A stretch of DNA of 64,000 bases from Lytechinus pictus (Eukaryota), in the NCBI RefSeq assembly GCF_037042905.1, contig NC_087245.1, positions 11,410,001 through 11,474,000 on the forward strand, written 5' to 3'. The translations under genes were made by a program, and so were the position numbers. This document shows positions 1 through 13,329 of the stretch, in pieces; the first letter of the stretch is position 1; each line of letters begins with the position of its first letter. The notes beneath the pieces were generated by a model that was not told where the DNA came from, ran no database searches, and saw nothing but the letters and a program-made list of their open reading frames with translations.

Positions 1-1087
1 GGACGTTCAGACCCAGAAACATTAACTGCTGGAAAATAACCAGGCAAAACTTTATTTTGGACCTTTCACAACCTGCCTATATCTGTAACATTGCAGTCAA
101 TGGGGATTTTCCAAGGCTCTTTTATACATTATCCAGGGCTCTTTTGGGCATTCCTTGGGGGGCAAAATCCCCCTGAGTCCCCTTTTATTTTCCCCTGCTA
201 AATACCAATACTGTTCTCTTACATATTAAAGCTTTGTGCAACTAATACGAAAATTACCCTAATATGAATTTTGATCACTGTGCATTGATTGGGATTCAAA
301 ATCTTACCTACATGTAGGCCACTTGCTCAAGTGCACAAAATGAATATCATCTTTTCAGTATTATTACCTGGAATTACATGTATATTTTTCATTCATGAAT
401 GAAGACATAAATGTAGGTCTTACATGTAGGCCTATTTATAACAAGATCTGTGATAATCTTTGAACTGGCCATATATTTGAAAATCTAATCACAGCTTTGT
501 GGGGAACTTATTAGAAGAGAACCATGAATTCCTGGCTATACATTGTACATGTTTACAACAAGAGAGAGATACATGTAGGAGATGTCCCGACCATTTTACA
601 ATCTACTCATCAAATTGCCATTTACATACTATACATTGTAGACTTGAATAGTGATCTTAATTTTTCAAATAGCTGTTACCTTGTAATTCCTTTTGTGCGA
701 TTTATTTCACTTTCACCTTTCTGTTTTCTCACTTTTCTCCTCTTCCATCCTTTACATTCCCTTAAAAAAAGAGACTTTTGAACTATCAAATCTATACAAC
801 AGACAGATGATGGAAATGTGAGGATGGAAAATTCATTTTAAACATGGCTCATGCGAGCAATGTTTTGATGGAATGGGTTCTCACGCTATTATCACACAAT
901 ATTACTTTGCCATTTTCTCCTAGGATACCACTCTTATACAGTCTATAATGACTGGAATTGATACTGGAAGAGCACTTTTATTATGAAAGAAATACTGCTT
1001 TGAAGTTCAATATAAATCTTTGACAAAATAAATTATAAAATAAGAGATAAAATCAATTCCTTTGTCAGAGGACTAAATCCTGGATCA

Positions 1088-1248
1088 GAGCCCTATTGCA
1101 TAAAAGTTACTGTTATGATAACTTTGCCATCCAATGGTAATTACCATGGCAACGATGATCAACAGCCAATCAGAATCAAGAATCCCATGAAAGTTACCAT
1201 TGCATGGCAAAGATACCATAATGGTAACCTTTATGCAATGGGGCCCTA
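1088..1248. repeat. Short palindromic MITE-like repeat
   Basis: Arms TTGCATAAAAGTTAC...TTTGCCATCCAATGGTAA and TTACCATTGCATGGCAAA...GTAACCTTTATGCAA are inverted copies. Confidence 0.75.
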
Positions 1249-2017
1249 GAAGTTTATAGAGCCAATCAGAGTTCCCTTTGCCTTAACTTTTGCAGTGCTT
1301 TATATTTGTTGCATCGTGCGTAACAAAAACAATTAATAGGGCAGGGCCCTACATGTTAATTTTTTTTTTTGTAGAGATACAGAAAATATATTAAATTTCC
1401 TATAAATGGGCTTACGGAACAGAAGAGAAAGCATCATGTGTGTTTCTGATAATTTGATTGCATACATGTACATGATATATATACACATGTATCATACCTG
1501 CTTTACACTAGTTTAATAGTGGAATGTTTCATTCTCTGGTTGTACTGTATGCCATCCTTGTACATTTTTTCTATGAGATCATGCTTCATATGGCAGAATT
1601 TAATGATAATATTTACTCAAGATCATATGAAATTCTAGCATTTTTCGAAATCCTACATCTCAATACAAAACATGGAAAGGCACAATGGAGTCCATTTCAA
1701 GGAGGCGTGTCTACTTTCTATCCCAGTGGAGTGGTTGTGTTATTTTTGCACAGGATATGGTGGAAGTGATGACATAAACAGAGATACATGTAGTGTGACC
1801 TGAATTTCCAGGTCACCAATGCTTGACTCAACATGGGAGAATCTTCAGGAGAACGAAGAGATTGTGATATACTGTTTCACTTTCCAACAACCTGTTGAAC
1901 ATCTGGCATCATTCTGATTTTCTGAGCAGACTTTTGCTGAATCTTTATTTTAAATGGTTGTACAGGGGACATGGTTTTATAGACATGTATGCTCTGTACA
2001 TGTAGTGTCTTCCTCAA

Positions 2018-3223
2018 AGGACAAGTCCAACCCAACCAAAAGTTGAAAGGAGAAAAATCCAAGAATCATAACACTGACAATTTAATCAGAATCAGATACT
2101 ATAAGAGAGTTATGACATTTTAAGTTTTGCTTGATTTCACAAAACGTCCTGGTCGGCATCATTGGCGGCGGAAGCTAAAAATTTTAGGGGGGACGCAGGA
2201 AACAAAATTGACAAGCAAAATAAAATAAATAAATAAAAAAAAAGGTTAGCAACCAAAATTTCAGGGAGGGAATACCAAAATTGTTTGACAAGCAAAAAAA
2301 AAAAGGTCATCAACAAAAATTTAGGGGGATCGTCCCCCCACCTCAAATTTAGGGGGGACACGTCCCCCTCGCTTCCGCCGCCTATGGTCGGAATGCAAAT
2401 GAGGGGTAGATAACATCAAACATTCACTATTTCTTTTATTGTGTGAAACTATATTTTTATTCCTCCCTGAACATGCGGTATTACCATTGTTTTAATGTTA
2501 TGGTTCACCTCAACAAAAAGTTGATTTGAATAAAAAGAGAAAAATCCAACAAGCATAACACTGACAAATTTCACCCAAATCGGATGTAGAATAAGAAAGT
2601 TATGACATTTTGAAGTTTCACTTAATTTCACAAAACAGTTTATTTATATATATATGCCCACCCTGGTCAGTATGCAAATGATGAGACTAATGACATCATC
2701 CACTCTTTTTTATTTTATTGTATGAAATATGGATTATTCTAATTGTCTTCTTGTTATCAAGTGAAACAATTATTAATTTCTCCCTGAACATGTGGAAATA
2801 GCATTGTTTTTCTATTTGGTTCAGTCAAGTTGGTCCTTATTGTCAAATCTGTAAAAAATGAAATATTGTATTATTCAAACAAAAAACAAAAGAAATAGTG
2901 AGGAACATCGTCGACTGTCTCATTTGCATGTCACCGAGTTGTGCATATCACTGTTAATTGTTATGTGAAAAATATAAAATGTCATAACTTTCTTATTTTA
3001 CATCCGATTTTGATGAAACTTTCAGCGTTATGCTAGTTAAGATATTCTCTTTATTCAAATCAACATTTTTCTGGGTTGGACTTGACCTTTAAGTTTGTCC
3101 TTAATGTCAAAACTGTAAAAATTAAAATATTGTATTCAAACAATATTTTTCTCTATTGATTAAAATAATATTTTCCTCTATTGATTAAAATCAAAATTTT
3201 TCTGAGGTGGAATTGACCTTTAA
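2018..3223. mobile_element. Cluster of nested or degenerate Kolobok-type MITEs
   Basis: AGGACAAGTCCAACCCA at ~2018 is inverted by GGGTTGGACTTGACCT|TTAA at ~3072-3092. A second internal start lies near 2500 and a second end near 3200-3223. Confidence 0.7.
2160..2386. mobile_element. hAT-type MITE nested in an older repeat
   Basis: CATTGGCGGCGGAAGC/GCTTCCGCCGCCTATG; TSD GTCGGCAT/GTCGGAAT. Confidence 0.85.
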
Positions 3224-4379
3224 GCTTAATATTCAACGGATGAATTGGCTTTGTCAAAAGTAGACAATTTGATTGTGGCAGAATGATGGTATCTATTTTT
3301 ATCATCAACAATAGCTGATCTTTTTAGACAAAATGGAAGTCGTAATTATTAAAAAAGGGGGGCAACAAATACATGTTATCAAGGTTCATTAAACAGCTTG
3401 CCTGATGTCCAGCTGGCAGGCTGCATTTTAAGGCCAAGTGCAGTTATGATACAAATAGACCATTCTTATCCCCTGCCCATAGAACACATGTACACAACAC
3501 TCGTAATAGTAATTACAGTGCACATGTGTAGGTAATGAATCATAAATATGGCCTACATGGAACAATATCAGGAGAGAAAAAAATAAAAGGAAAATTAATA
3601 TTTCTAATGATTAGTTATAGGTAGTTGTGAGTTCATCTGATCGATGAAAAACATCTGTTATACATGTATATCAGCCTCAACAACACAGGTCTGCTATTTG
3701 TACAGAATGAACAATGTAGGTTCCATTGTCTCAATGTGTCATATTAAACAAGTATTCATTATAACAGAGACCCTGCAATTACTCTCCCACTTTAGCTTGT
3801 AGAGTTATCTGTTTATGTGTGGATCTAAAAAGATGAAAATGTTATAAATACCGGTATATCTTGCTATGAGAAAATATTGATTTTGGACATTTTACATATG
3901 AAAGAAAGTGTTGATGTAACATGGGAGAATTGTAAATAAAGAAACAAGCTAATGTAGCCAATTTTCATTCATTGCATTCATGCATTGTATTATGTCAATT
4001 ATATCATTGGTAAAATGTTAAATGCAAATATATGCCGTATTGGAGGGAAATAAAAAAAATAAGAAAAATACATTCTATTGAATATTGTACTCTATGATTT
4101 GCATGTAGAATAGGTTGGAAGAATGTATAAAATCAGAGTATGGTCAAATATGAAACACATCAGCCATATTAGGCATTGCTATTTTGTTCTGTTTTCTACA
4201 TTTGTGTGCAACATTGCCAAGTGTCTTCTGCTTAAATTGTTTATATGTTTAATGTTCAATATAGACAATAAAATTAGTCAATAAACTTGAGATTGAAATT
4301 GAATTGAAGTGTAAAATATTATTGGTGAATTCAATTGTTTTTAACTGTTTGTTTTTTTATTTTATTTTTTAAAATACAG

Positions 4380-4599
4380 ATCCATTCCTAAAGAGTTACA
4401 AGGCACACTTGGTGCAACCAGTTCTTCTTCAGAAATATCTTCCCATCTTGCTTTCGGCATCGAGCTCATCCTCACTTTCATCTATGTCTTTGTTGTGCTA
4501 TCATCATGGGAACTGAGATTGCCTGAGAGTGGCTATTACTGGCCCTGCTGTCGAGCCCTTGTCATCGGTATCACATATAGTATGAACACTATGTGGGGG
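4380..4599 (+). CDS. Aquaporin exon (loop C, H4, H5)
   Basis: Polypyrimidine tract then acag| at 4379; open frame GTLGAT...GIELILTF; donor GGG|gtaagc at 4600. Confidence 0.9.
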
Positions 4600-5875
4600 G
4601 TAAGCATGAAATATCTGAATTACATATTCCTTACTCTCAGTCAGTGCATTATCTTTGGAGGGGGGGGGGCTTGTATTTTAATAAATACTTTATATTGTGA
4701 CTTCAGTAAAGAAAAAAAAAATTGTGTGTTTCTTATTGGAAGACAGTCCTTGGGCATTCCACTACCGTTACAGTGTACATTTTCAATTCTAAAGAATTTA
4801 TGGGTTTCTAGATTTATCCCATTAGTTTTCTCTGTTTTGATATATCTCTCCATTAATATGTGTAAGTGCCGTATCTTTTGATTTAGCGATCATGCTGTTC
4901 CTCAACCCTCGCCTCCTAGTGCTTCATCTCTATTTATGCCCCCTTTTTTCCTTTGCATTTCAGTATGCATTTACTCAAGCAAGCATGAATCCAGCCCGAT
5001 CATTAGCTGCTGCTGTAATAACGAGCTTGGATACAACATTATGGCTTGTCTTATTAGAGGTGAGTTGGAGAAGAATATTCCACATGCCAATGCCTTTATG
5101 ATGAGTGGCATGGAGGTAGGAGAGGAGGGTTCCTCATCAATGTAAACAAAATAGATGAAATTAACCCTTTCAGCATGTAGGCAAGTATGAAGGGATACTT
5201 TTCAAGTATATTAAGAAAAAAAATTGACAAAAGTATTTGTGGAAATCGCCATGAAAGATGTGTATTACTAAAATCAGAGGTATTAGACTTAAATTTTCCT
5301 GATGCAATTTATGTTTAAGGATGAATTACATAAAGTTATTGATTTGAAGAGTAGGTCAATCTCTTGAAAAAATAGAAAATAATTCATTGTCTCCCTAATG
5401 AAAGTGTGGCTCCACTATTTTAGTGGGCCAGTGATATCATAAGCTCACTTTGTATTTGGTATATTTTCCAGCATCCCATCAGCATTTCCAAACCACTGGC
5501 TGGTCATCTTTTCTCAATTTGAGAACAGAGAATATAAATGTAGGGATTTGCCATTGTTTGAAAATGTATCTTTTACAAATAATTCTTGTTCCCTTGCCAA
5601 CTGACTTTTTAATGATAAATATTATTTGATTGCTTTGTTCATTACTTGTAATATTATTATATTTGCTTCAGGTCTATGTGGCTGGCCCAGTACTAGGCGC
5701 TGTTTTGTCGGCCCTAATTTACAAGTACATCTTTGCAACAATGGCGATCCGAGACCGTAGGAGGCGTAAGAACGAGAGGGCTTTGAATGGCGACTCATCG
5801 GAAGAGGAAAACATGGTCGTACTTCAGAACATTCAATCCCCAGTAGGGAGGATCAAGGATACAAGAGATCTTTAG
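4380..5875 (+). CDS. Aquaporin (MIP family), last three coding exons: 4380-4599, 4964-5059, 5672-5875; earlier exons not identified in the window
   Basis: Spliced translation SIPKELQGTLGAT...AFGIELILTFIYVFVV...[32 protein letters not shown]...LLE|VYVAGPVLGAVLSALIYKYIF...TRDL*. It contains the second NPA box (SMNPARS), the H4 E-x-x-x-T-F motif and the H6 GPxxG motif. AG/GT boundaries are canonical and phases match. Confidence 0.92.
4964..5059 (+). CDS. Aquaporin exon with second NPA motif
   Basis: tttcag| acceptor; [18 protein letters not shown]; donor GAG|gtgagt. Confidence 0.92.
5672..5875 (+). CDS. Aquaporin terminal coding exon (H6 and C-tail)
   Basis: ttcag| acceptor; VYVAGPVLGAVLSALIYKYIF; TAG stop ending at 5875. 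Confidence 0.9.
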   Translation, partial: VYVAGPVLGAVLSALIYKYIFATMAIRDRRRRKNERALNGDSSEEENMVVLQNIQSPVGRIKDTRDL

Positions 5876-6145
5876 TTCTCCCGGGAGGATTCCATATTAT
5901 CTGTTCTCTGACTCATGAGGAGAATGCATACTGCATATCTTCTACGTGACCTACAGGAAATGACTCCGTGATCCTGTAACATGGTCGTACTTTAGAACAT
6001 TCAGTCCCCGGTAGGGAGGATCAAGGATACAAGAGATCTTTAGTTCTCCCGGGAGGATTCCATATTGTCTGTTCTCTGACTCATGAGGAGAATGTTTACT
6101 CCATATCTTCTAGGTGACCTACAGGAAATGACACCATGATCCTGT
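5810..6145 (+). repeat. 168-bp tandem duplication spanning the aquaporin stop codon
   Basis: 5810-5977 versus 5978-6145: 10 substitutions, no indels. Confidence 0.95.
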
Positions 6146-9100
6146 ACAAACTCCACATAGACATTGTAGAATGTAATGTACATCATCCCAACTTCTGTTA
6201 ATTTGGTATTCCATTCAAGATCTTTGAGACAATTGTCCTGGATCTGCTAGACCAGGTTCAAGATTGGAAATGGAAATAAATATCGTGCCAAAGGGTTTTA
6301 AATGAAGCACATGAAGTACCGTTTATACATGGAGTACTTCTTTAAGATCTGCATATATTCTACAGGAGAAGCTTTCCATACGATCATAATATACCAATGA
6401 AGTGAGTGATTACAGGTCATTCAAATGATGGAGAAAGGAATGTCATCCTTGCTGGTCATCATCATGGAGAAATATATTTCAGTTCAAGGAATCCTGTACT
6501 ACATGTACATGTACATCCATGTTTGGTGAAACAATGTCATAAACGATGTACTAAACTATGAGTTGTTGAGATAACTATATTTCATGGTACTAATCTTGAT
6601 TATGCCAAGATCTAGAGTCATTTGGAAGAATATATATTCTGAGTCTGATACAAAAATAGATGGAAACACAAATCACTGTACATTTGGTAAATAATATTTA
6701 TCAAATTCAAATATTTTCCATTTGAAAATTTCTCATGATAAGCTAGAGACTGTCATGTTTCTTTAATCATGCTATAAAGGGGATTGGACATTGATATTGA
6801 TTTCAGAGTACAAGAAATAGATTGATATAAGACATGGAAATAATTTGAATATAGTGTTTTGTATTTTCCATTTGAACATTCCTTATCCATTATATTTATG
6901 TTCCCTCATTTATTCATCATTAATTAATAATGAGCTGAAGATTTTTATATTTCTTATACGTACTTTACCAAATACACTGTTACCATGTTAAGCATGCTTA
7001 TGGATAGGTACTAATAAATTCAAGAGTACAAGAGTAGATTGATTAAAAAAAAAATGGAATAATGATAATAATTTGAATAGAAATGAATTGTCATTTGATT
7101 TTGCTGTCCATGTGAATGTACAATATTTCATCATTCCTGTGGTACTAATACATAAACATGTAAAATAATTTTTCTTTTATCTCATGTTATTTAGCTACCT
7201 GTTTACGAATTGTTAATTAGATTTTAATATTTTTTTTACTGTTTTTATACCGGTAGGTATATTATTTTTTGTAAATTACTGGAATCTAAATTGCCATCAT
7301 TATGCTGTAATGATTCTTGTGAAGTCATTTTCATAATTATTTCTTAATCCGATTTTAAGTAAAAATTGGTGTACTTGAATATTAGATATACTTAATAGTG
7401 TGGTTCAATGGCACATGTACATGTATTTATGCCGTTTTAATTTCGACAAAGGCATCACCACAGCCCACAATGCCTTTGTTACAATGTAACCATTGCTTGC
7501 GTGGTGTGATAACAAAAGGAAATAAATAGAACTCAACACAAGATGGCAGCACACAGGAATATGAAGTAGCTTGGTTAGGTCAGTTTTGTGAGAGAAATCC
7601 ATTCTACAAAAATGGAATGGACCATGCTACTAACTCAATTCCAATCTATCCTTTAAATTTTCACTTTGTGATCTGAGCCAGAATATAAATGGGAAAAGAA
7701 AAATTTGATAAAATGACTTTAGGAACTTAATAGCTTGACAATGTCTGGTAGATATTAAAGTTGGAAGACTTTCTGAAATCATCCCTTGTGGATGAAATGT
7801 ACAACTGCAACACTTCAGTATCAGTACTAGTGTTGAGATCTACTTATAATATCTACTTAACAAAATAATAATTTGAATTGAATGTAAAAAAAACACAAAA
7901 CTACTTTTGATATCAGAGATTTTTAATGTTTTTTATATTTACTTTTAAGATCTACTCTAAATTTTACTAGTTTTCTATATCAGAAAAAAAATACAACTGA
8001 AACTACTTTTAATGTTGAGAGTTTTCATTTTTTTTACCTTTAATATCTACTTTTAATTCACTACTGTTAATGTCAGAGAAATTACAACTGAAACTACTTT
8101 TAGTATATGAGAAAGGATGTAGACTGGTTAACACACGCTAAAAAGATTGAAAATACATGTATCTGCATGCCTCTGCTTACCATTGGTGGTTGCTGGAGGC
8201 ATTACATTTTCTGGTTGTCCATCTGTCTTTGCCGTTTTTTTTTCTTTCTCGGGATAACTGAAGAAATTATTGACAATATCTGATTAGATTGGGGCCCCAA
8301 GATCAAAGGTCACACATGTCGTTATTGGGAAGTTTAGAAGTTATGCCTGTAACATATTTTGGGTCTCGCAAATATGGAAGCATAAAATTTCAATGTGTGC
8401 CGTTGAGAATCAATCTAGTCTTTTCTTTTTATTGGATCAACGATTACTTTGTCACTTGTCAAAATTGTTTTTTGTTGAGATAATGTTGAATATTGACTAC
8501 CAACATTGAACTTGTACACAAATGATATGTTTTTGCAAAAAATGTTTAACTAAAATTATATTTCATTGGTTTTAGCAGGTAATTTTCATGACATTTTCCC
8601 AGATAGATATTAGTTTTAGACCTTATTCTGTACAGTAGGTGATTTCATGATATGAAAAGAGAGTGGTGACTGAATTATGATTTAATCAGAAAAAAATGAA
8701 TACTTTCAAATTTGTAACCATTAACACTTTTCTTCATAGTGAAAGTTGCATTTCTCATCAATATGGTTTTTAATATTACATGTAGATATTAAAAACCGAC
8801 TGCTATAATGAATTTCTAATTGATAAATTCCCTCACCTGAAGATAACAAAACATTTATACTTTTGTGTATCATGGGGCTGTTGGATTGTTTTGGTAACCT
8901 ATTTGGCTGCATGAAGAGAATGGGATGGATAATTCTCAAATAATGTGTGTGAACATGACATCAAGGATTGTAAGGTATTGTGTGTTCTGATACCAAACTA
9001 CCTATTTCTTAATCTCATTTAAACAAGGTAATTTTAATATGTGTGATGATAGTTGTGTGTTTGTAAATTCATAAACTATGCAAGCTGTACTTGCCAGGGA

Positions 9101-9928
9101 AGGCAAATGTAAAATACTTGTCTCCTGAAACTTGCCTTCATTTTATCTGTCACATTTGTACAAATTCTCTTTGTATAGGTCATACATGTTTTAGATTCAT
9201 TACCCACTAGATTGAGGGGGTGCTTGCCCCCTTTACAAGCCAGGTATATTTCTGAACACTGTAAATAGAACAGGTACTTTGAAGTCCTCAAACCTAACTT
9301 AGCTCTGCAAAAGCCAGGTGTGAATCTTTGGTGATGATGTTTCATTTTCAATTTTTGAAAGTGATTGCTTAATTCTTATTGCTATAGCTCTTAATGAACT
9401 TAAAATTATGCATGCATTTTACCGTTATGTTTCCTTCTCTTCACCCTGTATTTCTCCCCTCTATCTTTCTCACTATCTCGCCTCTCTTTCTCTAACCCAT
9501 GCCTTCGCCATTCTTCTTCAAGGAGAACAAAATCCTGGGAACAAGTTTGCTTGTATGAACAAAAGAAATCAATGAAAGTTTGATAAAAATTGAACAAAAA
9601 ATAAGAAAGTTATGATCATTAGAATGTTTACATCCCTAATGATGTGGACAACCTCCCCTTTGCAATATGACCAAATGTCAGACTCGTAAAACTTTCCAAT
9701 AACTTTGAATTTAATTGCAACTTTTATCAAGTCTATCCATATATCTTTTTTTCTCATGGGAAGACATGTTATAGGGGTTCTATAAAATACTATGGAGATA
9801 CCATAGACTTCTCAGTTCTGTGACATCACAATGAGAGGATCTCCATAGCAGTAGTGATTTTTACATTCAAAATACAAATAACTCTGTTATTGTTTGCCCA
9901 AATATTAGCAAACTTTCATTCATCTTAT

Positions 9929-10381
9929 GGGCTATTCCACGGTTACGTTACATTTGGAGACACCTTGACTCATACTTGGAGCTGTAACTCCATTATTATT
10001 GATAGGAACTAAACATCTCTTTATCACAACATAGTACGCAGTCTGACTATCCTTTGTATAAAAACAAAACTTGGGAAATTTCATTATGCTCCTGGCAAAT
10101 CTTTGAAATGTGTCGGTTACTCATGTTACATGATTTGGACATGCATAAAATGAAAAGTGGACATAAGTGAAAAGTGTCCTCATGCAAGGCTTTTATGAAA
10201 GTTGATTATATCCATTTCAAAGAAGTATATTAGGGAGACAAATTTGTATATAATTAAAAAAATAAAGAACACATGGTTTTTACAAGGGGTGCAGATAAAG
10301 TGGTTACTCACGTTACGGTTCAGATGGGCTATATGTACAAAGACACATTGAGCTCATGCTCACCAACCTATGGAATTGCCC
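9929..10381. mobile_element. Probable PIF/Harbinger-type MITE
   Basis: Imperfect TIR GGGCTATTCCACGGTT/AACCTATGGAATTGCCC with TTA-like flanks. Confidence 0.55.
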
Positions 10382-13329
10382 TTATTCTTTGATTTTTCTT
10401 TTTTTCATACCAGCTAACTAAATCCAAGGGTTTCATTATCCTTTAATGTAAAAAAGCTGTTTCGTGTGTATCAATAGTGTACAGATGGAACCATATCATG
10501 TGTTACTGTAAATTCATTTGGACCATTCCAAGAGAGATGTCAACACTGTATATATGTGTATATTTCATTCTTAATAACATTATTGTAATATAATACATTG
10601 AGTCACCAAGCATATCGCTCTGTTTTTAGATGCTTTAATTTTATCATTATCATGTAGTTGGTACTTAATATATGAACAATATCATACAAATAATGAACAT
10701 GTGTTGTGGCGATGGCAAAGGTATTTACAATATGCGACAAACGCGAATCGAAACCCTTGTGCTGATTGCATCTAGTTTGTGCACCTAAGTACGTGTAAGT
10801 GCATGAAAATCCTTCCCAGAGCCTTTTCATTGAAATAACTCGTATTTCAGATGGTGTTTTATGTGCTATAAGGGAAAGATGCATCCAAAATGTACAGTGT
10901 TGCACTTAAAAGTGCATGGCTGAAAGTACATGTGGTTGTTTAGAAAGCTGGTTTTTGTCTTTAGGGTAATCAATCCACACTGAGACTGAATGTCCACTAA
11001 ATCTTGTTTTCAAATGAAAATCTTTAGAACAAAATATCTACTTGATTTTCTTAAAGCATTGAATTCTCATATTCTGCATGTACATACAGTTGTAGAATAT
11101 GAATATGAACTCCTAAACTTTTGCCATTATTATGGTACTATGCATTATGGCTATTGGTTCTTGAGTAACTTAACACAAGTCAAACATTCATATTCAAATC
11201 TGCCTGGGGAAGCTTTCTTGAAGAGAAATTTTTTACTTACATGACTGAAAGAAAGTAGAAATGATGCATGTATGAAGTTCCTGTGGATACAACATCATAC
11301 TCGACACTATTATGCAAAGTTGAACTAAAGGTTGAATGTAAGATAGTATCATGTCCGATTACACAAACTATGCAACTGTGTATGACTCTTACTTTGAGTT
11401 GAAATCTACTTTTATTTACACATATTGTACCAAATATGTATATGAAATGCATTTACAGCATGATGTGAACTCATCATACTTCCCAAATGTTTTACAGATA
11501 TGTTTGACTGATTAGTGATGATAATAATGTTGAGATATATCACAGAGGGAGAATCTACAATGAAATGGTAGAAATTATGAAAATATCAAGTATGATTAAT
11601 CCTGAAATTGATTTACGATACATGTACCATATGTTGTGATTTCCATTATATTCTACCTCTTACGTGTTGATATCATTGTCAATTTCATTTAGATATTATT
11701 TTTGGTTGTGTTCAGGGATTATTTTCTGTGTTGAATTTTTGTCCTGTTCCCCTGTCAAAATATGTGTACACTAATTGTATTTTTATAAATATCAAACAAT
11801 ACTTTTACAATATGTATCAAAGTGAATTGTTTGATCAATTATATACTGTCTCTGTTTTCCTCGCTCTCTTTCTCTATTTTTCCCTTTCCTTGTTTATAGT
11901 TCGTATCTCCCTATTTTAATCCCATCTTCCCCAAGTGGTTGACTTTTATACAATTTTTTTTTAGAGAAAGTACTGATATCTGTGATCAAGTCTTCTAAAA
12001 GTTATTAATATCCTTATGTATTAAATCATTTTATTATGATAATATAATGTAACAATGTATTGTGGTGTAAATTATACAATGAAATGTTTTGCTCTTCATA
12101 TTTCAATATGATATTATATGATGATAACGTGCAGAGTGATATCTGTTCATTTATTCCCCCCCCCTTCTACCCCTACTGTCTCTTTCTCTCTCTAAAACTT
12201 GGAATAGCCCATCTTTTACTTTCTGTCTGTAATATACAATCAGGCTTAACACTATCTTGTTGGGACTTTTTAAATATTTCCTAATCCTATTTGATATGTG
12301 TACATTTCTTATCCAAAACTCCGTTTGATAATTTCTCATATTCCTCATTATCATCCTTGTCTAACCAGATCACTTTATTGCTCCTTCTTTCTTTCTTTTT
12401 CTGTTTCTCTCTCTCTCTCTCTTGCTCTCCTTTCCTATCTCATCCTTCCCAGTTCCCTTTCCTGTCTCTTTGTTTCTTACATGATAGGTGTAGCTGCAAT
12501 AGATTGGCTGATTGTATTCAAGTATTATAGTAATAATGTTGGAAATAATTAACTTTGTCATTTTTATATGGTGTATTATGTAACATTGAAACAAATGAAA
12601 ATACAGGAATACAATCCTTAATTTTTGTTTCTTTTGGTCATTATTTGTCTTATTTCAAGTCAAGGTTTAAGAAAATTATGTGAAGCTATTTTACATACCA
12701 GGAGTGATGCCAGAAATTCATTAATTGATCATATTGTGTCAAGTAATAATTTATCATATGTCAAGTTATAATATAATGAATCATGTATTTCTTTTTCAAG
12801 AAACGGGTCACCAATCAGAATCAGTTACAAATGATTAGTTGTGATTTGAAATTGACTTGCATTTGATTGCATGATCCTGTCAGCCCCCCCCCCCCCCCCT
12901 TGGTATGGTGGTGTATGTTTACCCCGGTCACTTCTATATTAAGGTGGTTTCAGAACCTGGCGCAGTGTGCGATCTTGAGAGAAATAATGCGGAGAAGCAA
13001 AGCAATCGAGCATTACAAAATGTTTGCCCTTTGAAATCTTTAACATCTTCATATAGAGACTGGCTTTTAATGCATTCACCTTCAATGAGGCGAGGGCTCA
13101 AAATCCTCTCAATATGTACTTTAAGTTCAGTCTATCCCCCCCCCCCCCCCTCTATATCTTGAGATTTCATTCCTGTGCCAGCTCAAATTGCCACAATTTC
13201 TTTCAAATTAATTTTTGAACTTTACAAGACCGTAAAAATGGCAATAACAGAAGTGATATAGGGTGATATATAATTGTGCAATTTTGAGTAGCAAATCGAC
13301 TGTGTTTAATATTGTGCACTTACAGTATA

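Noticed and set aside
924..1880. Possible upstream aquaporin exons after acceptor-like sites at 923 and 1753
   Set aside because: I found no MIP-like translation (no first NPA box or TM helices) and no convincing donors.
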